DNA from: a virus
Taxonomy: Duplodnaviria > Caudoviricetes
IMG/VR virus record: IMGVR_UViG_3300045955_000245
Location: 1 to 51,493 of that record
Length of the DNA stretch: 51,493 nt
Direction: 5' to 3' (one strand)
This document shows positions 36,098-46,271 of this stretch, in pieces. Position numbers and translations under genes: made by a program. The notes beneath the pieces are model-generated. The model did not search any database. It was given only the letters and a program-made list of their open reading frames with translations, and had not been told where the DNA came from. How positions within the stretch are numbered: the stretch's first letter is position 1; every line of letters starts with the position of its first letter.

Positions 36098-37311
36098 GCC
36101 AACACCCGCCATTGCTTGGTGCGCATCCCTAAGAGTTGGCACGCGCCGGAGAGCGCGTCCACCTGGTCGTCGTGGGCACCCTGCGGAAACGCCTCGACCT
36201 CGGCCAGGAAGTCGCCCGTCCACGCACCCCGAACGAGTGCCACTTTGCCCTGCTCGGCCTTGGCGATCCACGGCTGCGCCCGCGCCAACTTGTCCCTGTC
36301 CACGGTCACCGGCCGTACCGGGGTCTTGACCGCCGCCACGTCCCTGAGAATATCTTGGACCGCCGCCAACTGGAAGCCGGCTTGCTCGATGCCCACGGGC
36401 GTCTCCGGTTCGGCCGCCATCGTCTCCAGGATCACCCGGCGGGCGTCGGGCCACTCCCACCGGCCGCGGCGGATGTCGGCTACCCATACCATCCCGTCCG
36501 TAGAGAGGGCCGCGCGGCAGCCAACGGTGTAGTCGGCGCTTTCCTTGGTGGACGCCGCCAGGTCCCAGTAGCGGCACCACTTGAGCGGCTCGCCGAAGGG
36601 CGGCGCGTCCACCAGCCGGAACCACTCGCGGCGGATCACGCCGGCGCCCAACGTCACGAACTCGCCGGCGAGCTCCTGGCGCGCGAACTCGCTCGAGTAC
36701 TGCGTCTGTAATGCCTGGCTGAAGTCCTCGTCCACGAACGGGTTGGCGGCCGTGCTGGTCTGGTAGATGGCCGTCATAGCATCGGCGCGCTGCACGAACA
36801 CGTCGTAGACCCAGTTGAAGCCCCGCGGCGTCGTCGTCACCCAGCAGCGGCCGGTCACGCCGCCCTCGCGCAGGACGCCCAGCAGCACCGGCCACGTCTG
36901 TGCGTCGCAGTGCGCCGCCTCGTCGATCCAGGCCCACGACGCGGATGGTCCCCGCAGGCGGTCGGGGTGCTCGGCCGAGCGAAACAGGACCTCGTGCCCG
37001 CCGCGCACGCTCAGGCGCATCTCCGACTGGTTGACGTGGTCGAGCAGTGGTGCCCACACGTCCAGGGCGACTCGCCAGGTGGCGTCCCGCAGGATCGGGT
37101 AGGTAGGCGCCACCACAATGCCCAGCGACGGCCGCCCGAACTCCTGCACCAGCGCCTTGGCGGCGCCGGCCATCGTCTTGCCCGAACCGCGCCCGCCGAT
37201 GAACGCGCAGAAGCGGTGCTGGTCTGACACGAAGCGGTACTGCGTCCCGGACAGCGCCAGGGCGGCGCTGTTGCCGGCGGCGGCGCTAGGACGCGCTCGG
37301 GACTCGATCAT
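36094..37311 (-). CDS. terL: Terminase large subunit
   Basis: GGRGSGKT; WIDEAA; TTTPRG; YWDLA...DYT; HDDQVDALS. Confidence 0.95.
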   Translation of the reverse strand: MIESRARPSAAAGNSAALALSGTQYRFVSDQHRFCAFIGGRGSGKTMAGAAKALVQEFGRPSLGIVVAPTYPILRDATWRVALDVWAPLLDHVNQSEMRLSVRGGHEVLFRSAEHPDRLRGPSASWAWIDEAAHCDAQTWPVLLGVLREGGVTGRCWVTTTPRGFNWVYDVFVQRADAMTAIYQTSTAANPFVDEDFSQALQTQYSSEFARQELAGEFVTLGAGVIRREWFRLVDAPPFGEPLKWCRYWDLAASTKESADYTVGCRAALSTDGMVWVADIRRGRWEWPDARRVILETMAAEPETPVGIEQAGFQLAAVQDILRDVAAVKTPVRPVTVDRDKLARAQPWIAKAEQGKVALVRGAWTGDFLAEVEAFPQGAHDDQVDALSGACQLLGMRTKQWRVLA

Positions 37312-37726
37312 CGACCACCCGCACCGTGAGCGCAAAGGGCAGCGGCGCGCCGCCCGGTCCGCTGTGCTCAAACGCGCCGCGCTCCTTGTACTTGTCGGGC
37401 GCCCGCCCTTTCAGCAGGAAGATGAGGAGGGTATCGCTGTACTTGGTCTCGACGATGCGCTCGAGCATCTCGCCGTTGTGGTACACGCCCCGCTCCGACT
37501 GCACGCCATCGGTGGCCCGCCGCCACGCCTCGGCCTCCAGGTATTCGGTTGCCTCGATTTCGGCCTGCTTGAATGACAGGGCGAAGGCGTCGTCGTGCTC
37601 CTGCCACTGGTACACGTCGGTGCGGTTGGGGATGCCGGCCTGGCGGCAGGCGGCGCTGACGTTCCCGCAGCGGGCGAACGCCTCCAGAAACGCCTTTTTC
37701 AGGTGTCGTACCTGTCGCCGGGTCAT
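37286..37726 (-). CDS. terS: Terminase small subunit
   Basis: AFLEAF...GNVSAAC..AG; LEAEAWRRA.DG; YSDTLLIFLLK. Confidence 0.85.
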   Translation of the reverse strand: MTRRQVRHLKKAFLEAFARCGNVSAACRQAGIPNRTDVYQWQEHDDAFALSFKQAEIEATEYLEAEAWRRATDGVQSERGVYHNGEMLERIVETKYSDTLLIFLLKGRAPDKYKERGAFEHSGPGGAPLPFALTVRVVDDRVPSAS

Positions 37727-38061
37727 ACCGGGTTCCGTTCCACCACCAGGCCCCACGGCGTGCTCGCCGCCGTCGGAGTGGTCGTCGCCAGCGCGCAGTC
37801 CCACCTACCGTCCTCGCCACTCACGGGTACCACGTCCACGTACAACCTTCCGGCGCTCTCCTCCACCAACGTCCCCGGATAGGTGTACGTCACGCTCGTT
37901 CTGAACCCTGGACTGGCCGCGTCGGGCTTGGTCACCGTCAGCGTAGCCGCCGCCGGCGTCGTCGCCACGCCGGCGGCGTTCGTCAGCGCGGTGCGGTCGG
38001 TATTGGCGTGGTTGCCCAACCTGAGCGTCTGCCCAATCGAAAAGGGGCCAGCGAGGGCCAT
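37723..38061 (-). CDS. Ig-like virion-associated protein
   Basis: TLTVTKPD...GRLYVDV...GRW. Confidence 0.5.
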   Translation of the reverse strand: MALAGPFSIGQTLRLGNHANTDRTALTNAAGVATTPAAATLTVTKPDAASPGFRTSVTYTYPGTLVEESAGRLYVDVVPVSGEDGRWDCALATTTPTAASTPWGLVVERNPV

Positions 38062-38258
38062 GGCGTTACGTCCCTACTCCGCCGCGCAGGCTGCCCACTT
38101 TCGAGGCGCCGCCCTGGAAGCCGCCCCCAACTACGAGGGATGCGCCGCCCCGGAGCGCGCCGCGCACATCGGTGGGAATGCCGCCCACCTTCGGAAAATA
38201 CCGCAGCGGGTAGTAGCGGCTGGCGAAGTACCTGGCGTTGAACATGGCTCCGTGCTCC

Positions 38259-39365
38259 CTACGATGCGTCCAACGTCACGGCCGTCCGGTTGCCGTCGGG
38301 GTCGACGCTCGCCGTCACCCGATTTTTGGTGTCGCCCACGTCCCTAATCGTGACGGTATTCGTCGCCGCGCCCGACAGTTTGCCGGCCAGCGACGACAGC
38401 ATCACGCGCATCGACTGGCGCAGCGTCCAGCCGGTCTCGACGCCGGCGGCCCGGTCCAAGAGCGCGTCGGCGTTCTGGGTCGCCGTGGGGATGTCCCCCG
38501 TGGCCGCCGGACTCGCCGGCAGGTTATCCGTCTTGGCCTTGATGGCCGCCACTTCGGTATCGACAAAATCGTCGATGGTGTCCACGCTGGTCTGCGTGGC
38601 CCTCGACGAGATGGTCGCGTTCACGTTATCCACCAGCAGCTTGCCGACGCTGTTCGCCGTCGAGAGCGCCGAGGTGAGCGCGTCCCACACCGCCTGCACC
38701 CCCGCTGCGGACAAACTGTAGCCGCTCTTGTCGTTGTTGGTCGCTACCGTCACGGTAAAGCCAAACGCCGAGAGCGTCCTAGTCGACGACGACCACACCT
38801 TATCAGCCGCCGCCTGGGAGAACTCGCTCGCGCCGATGGCGTCGGTGGCAATGGCGGCGGCATCGATGGCGCCCGCGGCGAAGGTGGCGGCCGTAATGGC
38901 GCCATCCGCAAGTTCGGCCGCGCCGATGGCGTCGGTGGCAATGGCGGCGGCATCGATGGCGCCCGCGGTGAACGCGGCCGCCGTAATCGCGCCGTTCTGG
39001 AAACTGCCGACCTCGACACCGCCCGAGGCGTCCACGTCCATGCTCCTGCCCGACGTGGCGGGATAGGCCAGGTCGTCGGGCACCCGCGCGTGGACACGCC
39101 ACTGGAGGTTCACGCGCTTGACGCCGGTGGCGCTCAGGCTCACCGTCAAGACGCCCAGGGTATCGGTGTGGCTGCTCGACAGGGTGAGCGCGTAAAACCC
39201 GTTCTCGCGCTCGCTCACCGTGACGGTCATGGCCGCGAAGGCGGCGCCGCCCTTGCTGATGCGCTTCGTCCAGTCGCCGTCGACCTTGCCGGTCACGCCG
39301 TCGCCCGACGCGTCGAACGCAAACACGACCACGTCGAGGCTGGTCGATTGCTTGCAGGGAAACAC
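38259..39365 (-). CDS. Repeat-rich fibre-like protein
   Basis: 10-aa repeats (GAITAATFAA/GAIDAAAIAT); NGFYALTL..HTDTLG N-terminus paralogous to 39605..41293. Confidence 0.7.
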   Translation of the reverse strand: MFPCKQSTSLDVVVFAFDASGDGVTGKVDGDWTKRISKGGAAFAAMTVTVSERENGFYALTLSSSHTDTLGVLTVSLSATGVKRVNLQWRVHARVPDDLAYPATSGRSMDVDASGGVEVGSFQNGAITAAAFTAGAIDAAAIATDAIGAAELADGAITAATFAAGAIDAAAIATDAIGASEFSQAAADKVWSSSTRTLSAFGFTVTVATNNDKSGYSLSAAGVQAVWDALTSALSTANSVGKLLVDNVNATISSRATQTSVDTIDDFVDTEVAAIKAKTDNLPASPAATGDIPTATQNADALLDRAAGVETGWTLRQSMRVMLSSLAGKLSGAATNTVTIRDVGDTKNRVTASVDPDGNRTAVTLDAS

Positions 39366-39367
39366 GG

Positions 39368-39598
39368 CTAATTGATCCTCCGCCACAGCCCGCCGAACAC
39401 CAGCCGGTGGAACGACCGCTCGATGGCGGCCAGTGCGAACCCACCCGGCGCCGCCGCCGCGATGCCGCTGTACAGGTAATCGGTGTGCAGGCGTTGCGCC
39501 GCCGACAGGTCGCTGCCGTCCGGGATCACCCCCGGCCGGTTCCACGGCGTGGCCAGCCCGATACAGCTCTTACGCTTCTCCGCCGTGTCGATGGCCAT
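39368..39598 (-). CDS. Hypothetical protein
   Basis: MAIDTAEKRKS...YLYSGI; coupled. Confidence 0.6.
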   Translation of the reverse strand: MAIDTAEKRKSCIGLATPWNRPGVIPDGSDLSAAQRLHTDYLYSGIAAAAPGGFALAAIERSFHRLVFGGLWRRIN

Positions 39599-39604
39599 CG
39601 TTCG

Positions 39605-41293
39605 TTACGCAAACTCGCCGCGAGTGTGCAACGTCCCCGAATCCGAATGGGTCGACGTCGCCAGCGTCGTGCTCCCGTCGTCTTTGAACAGCGTTTGGGT
39701 CGTCGCGTCCTGCGTGATCTTGTTGCGCGCCAGCGAGAACGCCCACGTCAGCGCCTCGAGCGTCGTGCCGGTCACGCCGGGCACCGCCGACAACTCGGTC
39801 ATGGCCTTGGCCCACACCGCATCGCGTATCTCGTTGGCGGCGTCACTGGCGATCGCCGCCGCATCAATCGCGCCGGCCGCGAACGTGGCCGCGTCGATCG
39901 TCCCGGCGGCCACCTTCGCCGCCGTAATCGCATCGGCGGCGATGGCCCCCGCGTCGATGGCGTTGTCCGCAATGACCGTCGCGGTAATCGCGTCGGCCGC
40001 AAACGTGGCGGCGGTAATGGCGCCATCGGCGAGCGCGTCGGCGTCGATGGCGTCGGTGGCGATCTTCGCGGCGGTAATGGCCCCATCCTGGATTGAGGTA
40101 GACGTGACGCTGTTCGCCGCGAGCGTGGCAACCGTCTGCACCAGCCCGCCCGCCAACGCGCTCGGGGCACCCCCGAGCCACAGCGCGAGGTCGACGCGGC
40201 CGGACGGCAGCAGCGCGAAGGTGCTGGTGGCGTCCGGGTTGGTGGCCCAGTTGGGCGTGACGTTGGCCACTTTCGACGAGCCGGTGTAGTCGCTCACCAG
40301 GCGCACCTGACCGGCCCCGGTGCCGCCGGTGAGGTAGACCAGCGCGTCGTTGTAGAAGTCGTCGGTGGCGCTCGCGCTCGCATCCAACGTAATCGTGCCG
40401 GCGGCGCCCGCCTGGGCGGTGTTGCTCCTGATGCTCTGCAAACCCGTATCGGCCGCAAAGGTAGCGCGGTCGATAGCGCCATCGGCAATCTTGGCGGCGG
40501 TGATCGCGCCGTCCGCCAATTCGGACGACGTGATGGCGTTCGCCGCGATGGCCGTGGCGTCAATCGCCCCGGCGGCAAACGTCGCCGCGTCGATCGCGCC
40601 GTCGGCAATCTTGGCGGCCGTAATCGCATCGGCCGCGATCTTCGCCGCCGTAATCGCGTCGGTCGCAATGGCCGTAGCATCAATGGCGCCGGCCGCGAAC
40701 GTCGCAGCGGTAATCGCGCCGTCCGCCAATTCATTGGCTCCGATGGCGTCCGTGGCGATGGCGGCGGCGTCAATCGCCCCGGCCGCGAAGGTGGCCGCGT
40801 CGATGGCCCCATCCGCGATCTTGGCGGCCGTGATGGCGTCGGCCGCGATGGCGGTCGCGGTGATGGCCCCCGAGGCAATGGCCCCGGCGCTGGCGTCCAC
40901 CCGGCCGGACACGAGCGCGTTGGGCGCGCTCCCTAACCACTGCGTCACGTCGACCTGGAGCAGGTCGGTCGCGAGGTACGAGTCCCACACCTGCGACGGC
41001 ACGACTAAGAACTCGCGCCACACCGGCAGCGCGCCGGACTCGTGCACCGCCACGACGAGCACCCCCAGGGTGTTGGTATCGGTGGCGTCGAGCGTGACCT
41101 CGTACCAACCGTTCTCCTCGTGCGTGAGCGTTTGGGCCGCCGCCTTCTGCGCCCAGTTGCCGGCGTTTTTCTTTAGGCGCACGTCCGGCTGCGTAATCGT
41201 GAGCCCGGTCTCGGCGGTCTTGCCGTCCGTGTCATCGAGGAACGGGCCGAGTGGCACGTCGACGCTCGTGGACTGGCGCAGCCAGGTGGCCAT
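39605..41293 (-). CDS. Repeat-rich fibre-like protein
   Basis: More than 20 decameric repeats; ASATDDFYN...GTGAGQVR...DYTG domain. Confidence 0.75.
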   Translation of the reverse strand: MATWLRQSTSVDVPLGPFLDDTDGKTAETGLTITQPDVRLKKNAGNWAQKAAAQTLTHEENGWYEVTLDATDTNTLGVLVVAVHESGALPVWREFLVVPSQVWDSYLATDLLQVDVTQWLGSAPNALVSGRVDASAGAIASGAITATAIAADAITAAKIADGAIDAATFAAGAIDAAAIATDAIGANELADGAITAATFAAGAIDATAIATDAITAAKIAADAITAAKIADGAIDAATFAAGAIDATAIAANAITSSELADGAITAAKIADGAIDRATFAADTGLQSIRSNTAQAGAAGTITLDASASATDDFYNDALVYLTGGTGAGQVRLVSDYTGSSKVANVTPNWATNPDATSTFALLPSGRVDLALWLGGAPSALAGGLVQTVATLAANSVTSTSIQDGAITAAKIATDAIDADALADGAITAATFAADAITATVIADNAIDAGAIAADAITAAKVAAGTIDAATFAAGAIDAAAIASDAANEIRDAVWAKAMTELSAVPGVTGTTLEALTWAFSLARNKITQDATTQTLFKDDGSTTLATSTHSDSGTLHTRGEFA

Positions 41294-41304
41294 GCGTCAG
41301 CGCC

Positions 41305-42039
41305 TCACGCCGCCCGCCGCGGGCGGTACTGCGCCCAGACCTGCGGCACCGCGTCGCCGGCGGCCGCGGCCGCGGTATACGGCGCCTCGCCGTCCTCGTA
41401 CACGCCCCATTCCCAGGTGATCGCTGGCCCGTCGGTGGTCGCCAGCGTGCCGCTGCTCGACAGCGCCAGCGACGCCGGCGCCCCGTTGGTCGTGTCCGTG
41501 TGCTTGAATAGCGGATACCAGCTATTCAGGTTGGTGAACCGGGTCGGCGTATACGTCCGCATCTCGACGGCGATCTCCGTGGCGCTGAGCGCCGCGTCCC
41601 AGATCTTGATGGCCGCGATCGAGCCGTTGAAGTTGTCGCCGTCGTTCCCGCGCAGGAAGCGGATGTTCTGCTCGGTCTGGTTGCTGTTCATGTTGGTATG
41701 GCTGAGGTCGAGCACGCCGTTGAAGTAGCCCAATTGCGTGCTGCCGCCCGGCCCCAACCCAGGGCAGACCATCGCCACGTGGTACCACGTCCCATCGGTC
41801 ATACTGGAGCCGGTGCCGCTCAGGCCGTGGTCGGAGTTGAACAGGCGGAACAGGTGGCCCGAGGTCATCAGGCAGGTGACGTAACTGCCGGAACCCCAGT
41901 CGATGTTAAAGAACGAGGCGTGGCCCCCCGTCAAACTCCCGCCCGGCCGCACCCAGGCCATGATGGTGAACGACGCGATGTCCGGGACGCTGCTCGCCCG
42001 AAAGAACTCCTCGCCGTCGGCGTCAGCCCTGGCCGCCAC
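41305..42039 (-). CDS. LamG/concanavalin A-like domain protein
   Basis: FTIMAWVR; TWYHVAMV; YFNG; FNGSIAAIKIWDAALSATEI. Confidence 0.8.
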   Translation of the reverse strand: MAARADADGEEFFRASSVPDIASFTIMAWVRPGGSLTGGHASFFNIDWGSGSYVTCLMTSGHLFRLFNSDHGLSGTGSSMTDGTWYHVAMVCPGLGPGGSTQLGYFNGVLDLSHTNMNSNQTEQNIRFLRGNDGDNFNGSIAAIKIWDAALSATEIAVEMRTYTPTRFTNLNSWYPLFKHTDTTNGAPASLALSSSGTLATTDGPAITWEWGVYEDGEAPYTAAAAAGDAVPQVWAQYRPRRAA

Positions 42040-42065
42040 CTCAACGCTCCCTGGTCCCTGGTGCG

Positions 42066-42584
42066 CTAGGCATCCGCGTACTGAAACTCAATCGACGTGA
42101 GCAGGAAATTGCCGGTGTACGTCGTGCCGCTGGCGTCGATAGCGAGATACCCGTATACCTCGTCGTCCACTGCGTAGTCGCCGGCCGTCAGCGTGATGCT
42201 GGTGGCATACAGATCCTCGTTACTGTACGCGCTGCCGGTGCCGCCGATGTCGGTGTTCTGCGTCGTCTGCTCGGCGTCGAACGTGCCGTCGGCGCTCTCG
42301 TTGTCGGCCACGGCGCGCTTGCGGAAGCTGAACCCCAGGTCATCGCCGTTGCTCGGTGCACCGTCCAGGATGCCGCGGATCACGACGGCGGGGCTGCCCA
42401 CGTAGTTCTTGGGGATGGTGAAGCGGCAGTACACGCCCTCGTCGCTGCCGCCGTCGGCGAGCACGTAGCAACGCAGGTTGCCCACGCTCGGTGCCGTCGC
42501 TGCCGTGATCTGGTTGCTGACCAAATCCAGCGGCACCCCGCTGTCGGGCTGGTCGATGCGCACCGGCTTGCGGAACGTGGCCAT
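42066..42584 (-). CDS. Virion-associated hypothetical protein
   Basis: Beta-rich, FTIPKNY motif; coupled. Confidence 0.6.
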   Translation of the reverse strand: MATFRKPVRIDQPDSGVPLDLVSNQITAATAPSVGNLRCYVLADGGSDEGVYCRFTIPKNYVGSPAVVIRGILDGAPSNGDDLGFSFRKRAVADNESADGTFDAEQTTQNTDIGGTGSAYSNEDLYATSITLTAGDYAVDDEVYGYLAIDASGTTYTGNFLLTSIEFQYADA

Positions 42585-42859
42585 CAGACGTGGGCCAGCT
42601 TCCAGGACAGGTAGCCGGCGTAGAGCTTGCGGGCCAGCGCCTGGCTGTCCGCGTTCTGCGGGATGCCCAACGCCGCCTCCATGTCCGCGCGGAACAGCCC
42701 GAACGCGGTCACCGTGCGATCCTCGGCCGCCTGCATGGTCGTCTTGAGCGTGCCCTCGGGCGGCAGCGTGGCGAGCTGTTGCAACTCCTCTTTGCCGAAG
42801 CCCTTGCGGTAAACGTACTCGCGGATTTCCTTGTAGTCGGCGTTGCCGAGCGTGGCCAC
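42584..42859 (-). CDS. Hypothetical protein
   Basis: Coupled ORF. Confidence 0.6.
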   Translation of the reverse strand: MATLGNADYKEIREYVYRKGFGKEELQQLATLPPEGTLKTTMQAAEDRTVTAFGLFRADMEAALGIPQNADSQALARKLYAGYLSWKLAHV

Positions 42860-42872
42860 GGCCTACAGCTCC

Positions 42873-43217
42873 CTACGGTTCGGGCGCCGGCGGCGGTGCG
42901 GGCGCGTCGGGCACGGCCGCGTCGAGCGCGTCCCTGGCGGCCGATAGCCGGCCGGTAATGGCGTCGAGTTGGGCCACCTCGTCGGACAGGTCGACGCCGG
43001 TCACGGAGTCGAGCGCCTGGCGCAGCTCCTCCAACTCGGCGACGGCTGCCGCCACCTGTTGCTCGACGCCGCCCACCGCAGAGAGCACGCCCCCAATGGA
43101 CGCCTGTAGGTTCGCCTCTTGTTCCTGATTACTCACCCGCATCGCCTCCAGTTGCTCGAGCACCGGCGCCAGCAGCCAATCCCGCAGCGCACCGCTGATG
43201 CTCTGCGACCCGGTCAT
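42873..43217 (-). CDS. Coiled-coil hypothetical protein
   Basis: Heptad pattern, Pro-rich end; upstream TG-c-TACACT extended -10. Confidence 0.6.
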   Translation of the reverse strand: MTGSQSISGALRDWLLAPVLEQLEAMRVSNQEQEANLQASIGGVLSAVGGVEQQVAAAVAELEELRQALDSVTGVDLSDEVAQLDAITGRLSAARDALDAAVPDAPAPPPAPEP

Positions 43218-43278
43218 GGCTGGTTGTCCCGGGCGGTAGTGTAGCACCGCGGCGGGATGGCGGCGCACGCCATCGTGA

Positions 43279-43659
43279 CTACCGACACGCCCAGTGGCGT
43301 GCGTAGCCGTTGGCGAGCGCCCATCCCGCCACCTGCGCCGCGGCGACCGGGTCATACGGCGATGCGCCGCCCCACCCCGCCTGCCAACTCATCCACCGCC
43401 AGGTGGCCGCGGAGAACTGGTACAGGCCGGCGTGCCCGCCGCGCGACGTGACCCACGGTTGATAGCGGCTTTCACAGGCCGCAACGCTCAGCAGCCACTG
43501 CTCACTCACCCCATGATCGACGGCTGCCTGGTGGATCGCCTCGGCCACTTCAACCGACTGGGCATTTCCAGCAGTAAAGCTGGCTCCCCAAACACAGCCG
43601 AGACCCAACCCCGCCGTGAACCAGATCACCAGGAGCAGTCGGTACAATAAGGGCAGCAT
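43279..43659 (-). CDS. Secreted lytic transglycosylase (SLT/Rpf-like)
   Basis: Signal/TM segment; [14 protein letters not shown]; GLYQF...TW; PYDP...HW. Confidence 0.75.
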   Translation of the reverse strand: MLPLLYRLLLVIWFTAGLGLGCVWGASFTAGNAQSVEVAEAIHQAAVDHGVSEQWLLSVAACESRYQPWVTSRGGHAGLYQFSAATWRWMSWQAGWGGASPYDPVAAAQVAGWALANGYARHWACR

Positions 43660-43716
43660 GTGGCCCCGGCGGCGCACGAACGCCCCGGGGCCTGGCACCG
43701 GAGCTGGAGGCTCACG

Positions 43717-44250
43717 ATGCGCTTCAAGGATACCCCTGACTTTCGCGATAGGTTCTGGTCCAAGGTGGACCGCCGTGGCGGCCCGGATACGTGTTGGCCG
43801 TGGCTGTTCGCCAGAGACACCAAGGACTACGGCTCGCTTGGTAATGGGTGGGGCAAGACCATCCGCGCCCACGTCGTGTCCTACGAGTTGACCTACGGCC
43901 CCGTCCCTCGTGGCCTGTACGTCTGCCATGCCTGCGATAACCCACCCTGCGTCAATCCGCGGCACTTGTGGCTTGGGACTCCAGCCGAGAACTCGGCGGA
44001 TATGTCCGCAAAGGGTCGAGCGCGAGGTCGCATCTACCGGGGCGACGAACACTGGACCCGCCGACATCCCGAATGGCTCCTGCGGGGCGGGGCGGCCACC
44101 AGCGCAAAGCTGACCGAGGCGGATGTGCGAGCCATCCGTGCCTTGCGCATCCAAGGGCTTTCCCTTGAAGCGATCGGCACGCGATTTGGCGTGACGTTCT
44201 CGACCGTGAGCAATATCTGCCTCGGTCGAACCTGGCGCCACGTTCGCTGA
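43717..44250 (+). CDS. HNH homing-type endonuclease with C-terminal HTH
   Basis: RFWSKV...CWPW...YG...RAHVVSY...[22 protein letters not shown]...AKLTE. Confidence 0.9.
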   Translation: MRFKDTPDFRDRFWSKVDRRGGPDTCWPWLFARDTKDYGSLGNGWGKTIRAHVVSYELTYGPVPRGLYVCHACDNPPCVNPRHLWLGTPAENSADMSAKGRARGRIYRGDEHWTRRHPEWLLRGGAATSAKLTEADVRAIRALRIQGLSLEAIGTRFGVTFSTVSNICLGRTWRHVR

Positions 44251-44252
44251 GA

Positions 44253-44456
44253 TCACCACGCAACCCGCCTGAGCCACGCCTCAGAGACGCCGTGCTCCTG
44301 TGCCGCCGTGCTGATGGCGGCCGCCACTTCCACCGAAGGCGATTGTGCGTGCCCGTTGGTCGCCGCCATGCCGATGCAGCCGCCGACGTAGCCCGCGACG
44401 AAGCCCAGCGCCACTAGCACGCAGACCCGCACGCCGCTGCGCGTCACCAGGCCCAT
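44253..44456 (-). pseudogene. Truncated 5' copy of the transglycosylase gene
   Basis: GHAQSPSVEVAAAISTAAQEHGVSEAWLRRVAW* aligns to [34 protein letters not shown] and stops just before the catalytic Glu. Confidence 0.8.
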
Positions 44457-44806
44457 CGCTCACTCCCGTCCGGCTTGACGATGAGCAACCGCACCAGCGG
44501 TGAGCGGTGCCGTAGCAATTTCACGCGCATCCTGAACGCCTCCGTTTCCGGGCCCTTGACCTCGACCCAGTAGTCGCCGTGCGTCTGATGCCCGAACACC
44601 CAGAAGTCGGCGGTATAGCGCAGCCCCCAGCCGGGCCACTCGCACTCCAGCAGGCTGACGCCGGTGGCGCGCGTCCACCGCTCGATGACGCCGCCGGCTT
44701 GCAGCAAGTCCAGGTGCCGCGCGTACTCCGCTTCGGCCTTGCTCGGATACGTCTGGCCGTTGTAGACCGTGCGCCTGGCGGCGTACTTGTGCGTCCTAGT
44801 CGCCAT
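44444..44806 (-). CDS. DUF1064-like PD-(D/E)XK nuclease
   Basis: HKYAARRT...YPSKAEA...YTADF...VEVKG. Confidence 0.8.
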   Translation of the reverse strand: MATRTHKYAARRTVYNGQTYPSKAEAEYARHLDLLQAGGVIERWTRATGVSLLECEWPGWGLRYTADFWVFGHQTHGDYWVEVKGPETEAFRMRVKLLRHRSPLVRLLIVKPDGSERWAW

Positions 44807-44942
44807 CGTTGCCTCCGCCGACCAGTCGGCCGGTCGACGTCCACCGCTTCGGCTTGCTCATCCGGCCGCCACCTCGTCGAGCGCCAGGGGCAGCGTGGCC
44901 CACACCCGGCCGTCGCGCGCCCGCCCGCCTTGGCGCTTCCCG

Positions 44943-46271
44943 CTAGCCATCGCTCGCCCCCAAGTCGCAGCCGAGGAAGCGGTAGCCCAATCGGCGGGCC
45001 ACATCCCGCGTCGTGCCGCTGCCCGCGAAGGGGTCGAGGACCGTCCCGCCGTCCGGGCAGGCGTGACGCAACACCCGCTCGACCAGCGCATCTGGGAAGG
45101 GCGCGAAGTGGCCGCGGGCGGCCCCCTTGCGCCCGACCGGGATGGCCCACACGTCCGCGTGGTCGTCGCCCCGCTTGAAGTAGGCGTGCGTACTGCGCGT
45201 CAGGACGTAGATGGGTTCCCACGCCTGGGTGAGCCGGTCGAACACGTTCTCCGGTTGGTGCCCGACCTTATGCCAGACGATTTTTCCTGAGAGACGCCAG
45301 CCGAAATCGAGCACCAGGCGCAGCACGACGGTTTCGGGAATGAGGCAGAAACTTTTGTCGGGCACGTCCAATTCGCGGGCAGCCGGTGCCGATGACGCCG
45401 CCGCGATGGCGAGGTTGGAGATGCCGCGCGCCCGCGCTGGATCGCCCCGGTAGCGCCCCGGCTGACTGCCGAGCGTGTCGCCCAAGTTGAGGAACAGGCA
45501 GCCGGCCGGGGTAAGCACGCGCCCGACCTCGGCCAGGATGGCGCACAGGTTGGCGGCGTACTGCTCCGGCTCCGGCTCCTGGCCCAACTCGCGGGGATCG
45601 CCGTTGGTGTACGTGCGCTTCGCCCAATAGGGCGGCGACGTGAGGCAGGCATCCGCGGTGCCGTCGCGCAGCCAGCCGAGGTAGGTCAGCGCGTCGGCCC
45701 GCGCGATGCGGTCGAGTAATTCGGGCGGTTGCGGCTGCGGCGGTCGAGCGGCCACCCGAGCCTCAGACGCCGCGGTGCGCTCCTCGTGCGCCGCGGCGTG
45801 GCTTTTGGCCCGACGTTTCGGTTCAGGCTCCGACTCGGGTTCCTGGTCCGGCTCTTGTTCTGCTACCGGCCCCGGCTCCACTGATGCATTTGCATCATCC
45901 TCGGGAGTCTCGTCTTCTGGAGTCTCGTCCGTCGACGATGCATTTGCATCGCGCACGACCGTCGATTGATCGACTCCGAGGACGGACGCCGCTTCTCTCG
46001 TGGTCAGGCCGTCCTCGGTGAGTTCCTTGACGGCCTCCCGCCGGTCCTCGATCGACAGGCGCACGTAGCCCCCGAGGCGCTGGTCGACCCACTCCCTGGT
46101 GGTCAGCCCGAGGGCCTCGGGCACCCCGAGGCGGCGGCCAAGGGCCACCTGGCGCCAACCCCCGGCCACGACTTGGCCGAGCGCCTGCGTGTATTCCTCG
46201 GCCTCCTCACGGGAAAGGCGGGGAGGAGCATCCTCCCACGGCAGCGGTTGTTGGGCCAAGGTCGCGTTCAC
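44943..46271 (-). CDS. DNA methyltransferase (N4-C/N6-A, beta class) with N-terminal HTH
   Basis: GLTTREAASVLGVDQSTVVRD HTH; TSPPYW; FLNLGD; HFAPFP; VLDPFAGSGTT. Confidence 0.9.
   Translation of the reverse strand: MNATLAQQPLPWEDAPPRLSREEAEEYTQALGQVVAGGWRQVALGRRLGVPEALGLTTREWVDQRLGGYVRLSIEDRREAVKELTEDGLTTREAASVLGVDQSTVVRDANASSTDETPEDETPEDDANASVEPGPVAEQEPDQEPESEPEPKRRAKSHAAAHEERTAASEARVAARPPQPQPPELLDRIARADALTYLGWLRDGTADACLTSPPYWAKRTYTNGDPRELGQEPEPEQYAANLCAILAEVGRVLTPAGCLFLNLGDTLGSQPGRYRGDPARARGISNLAIAAASSAPAARELDVPDKSFCLIPETVVLRLVLDFGWRLSGKIVWHKVGHQPENVFDRLTQAWEPIYVLTRSTHAYFKRGDDHADVWAIPVGRKGAARGHFAPFPDALVERVLRHACPDGGTVLDPFAGSGTTRDVARRLGYRFLGCDLGASDG

Noticed and set aside
38062-38258. Intergenic gap as ncRNA or packaging site
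   Set aside because: Only short GCCGCCC repeats and weak hairpins; nothing specific enough to call
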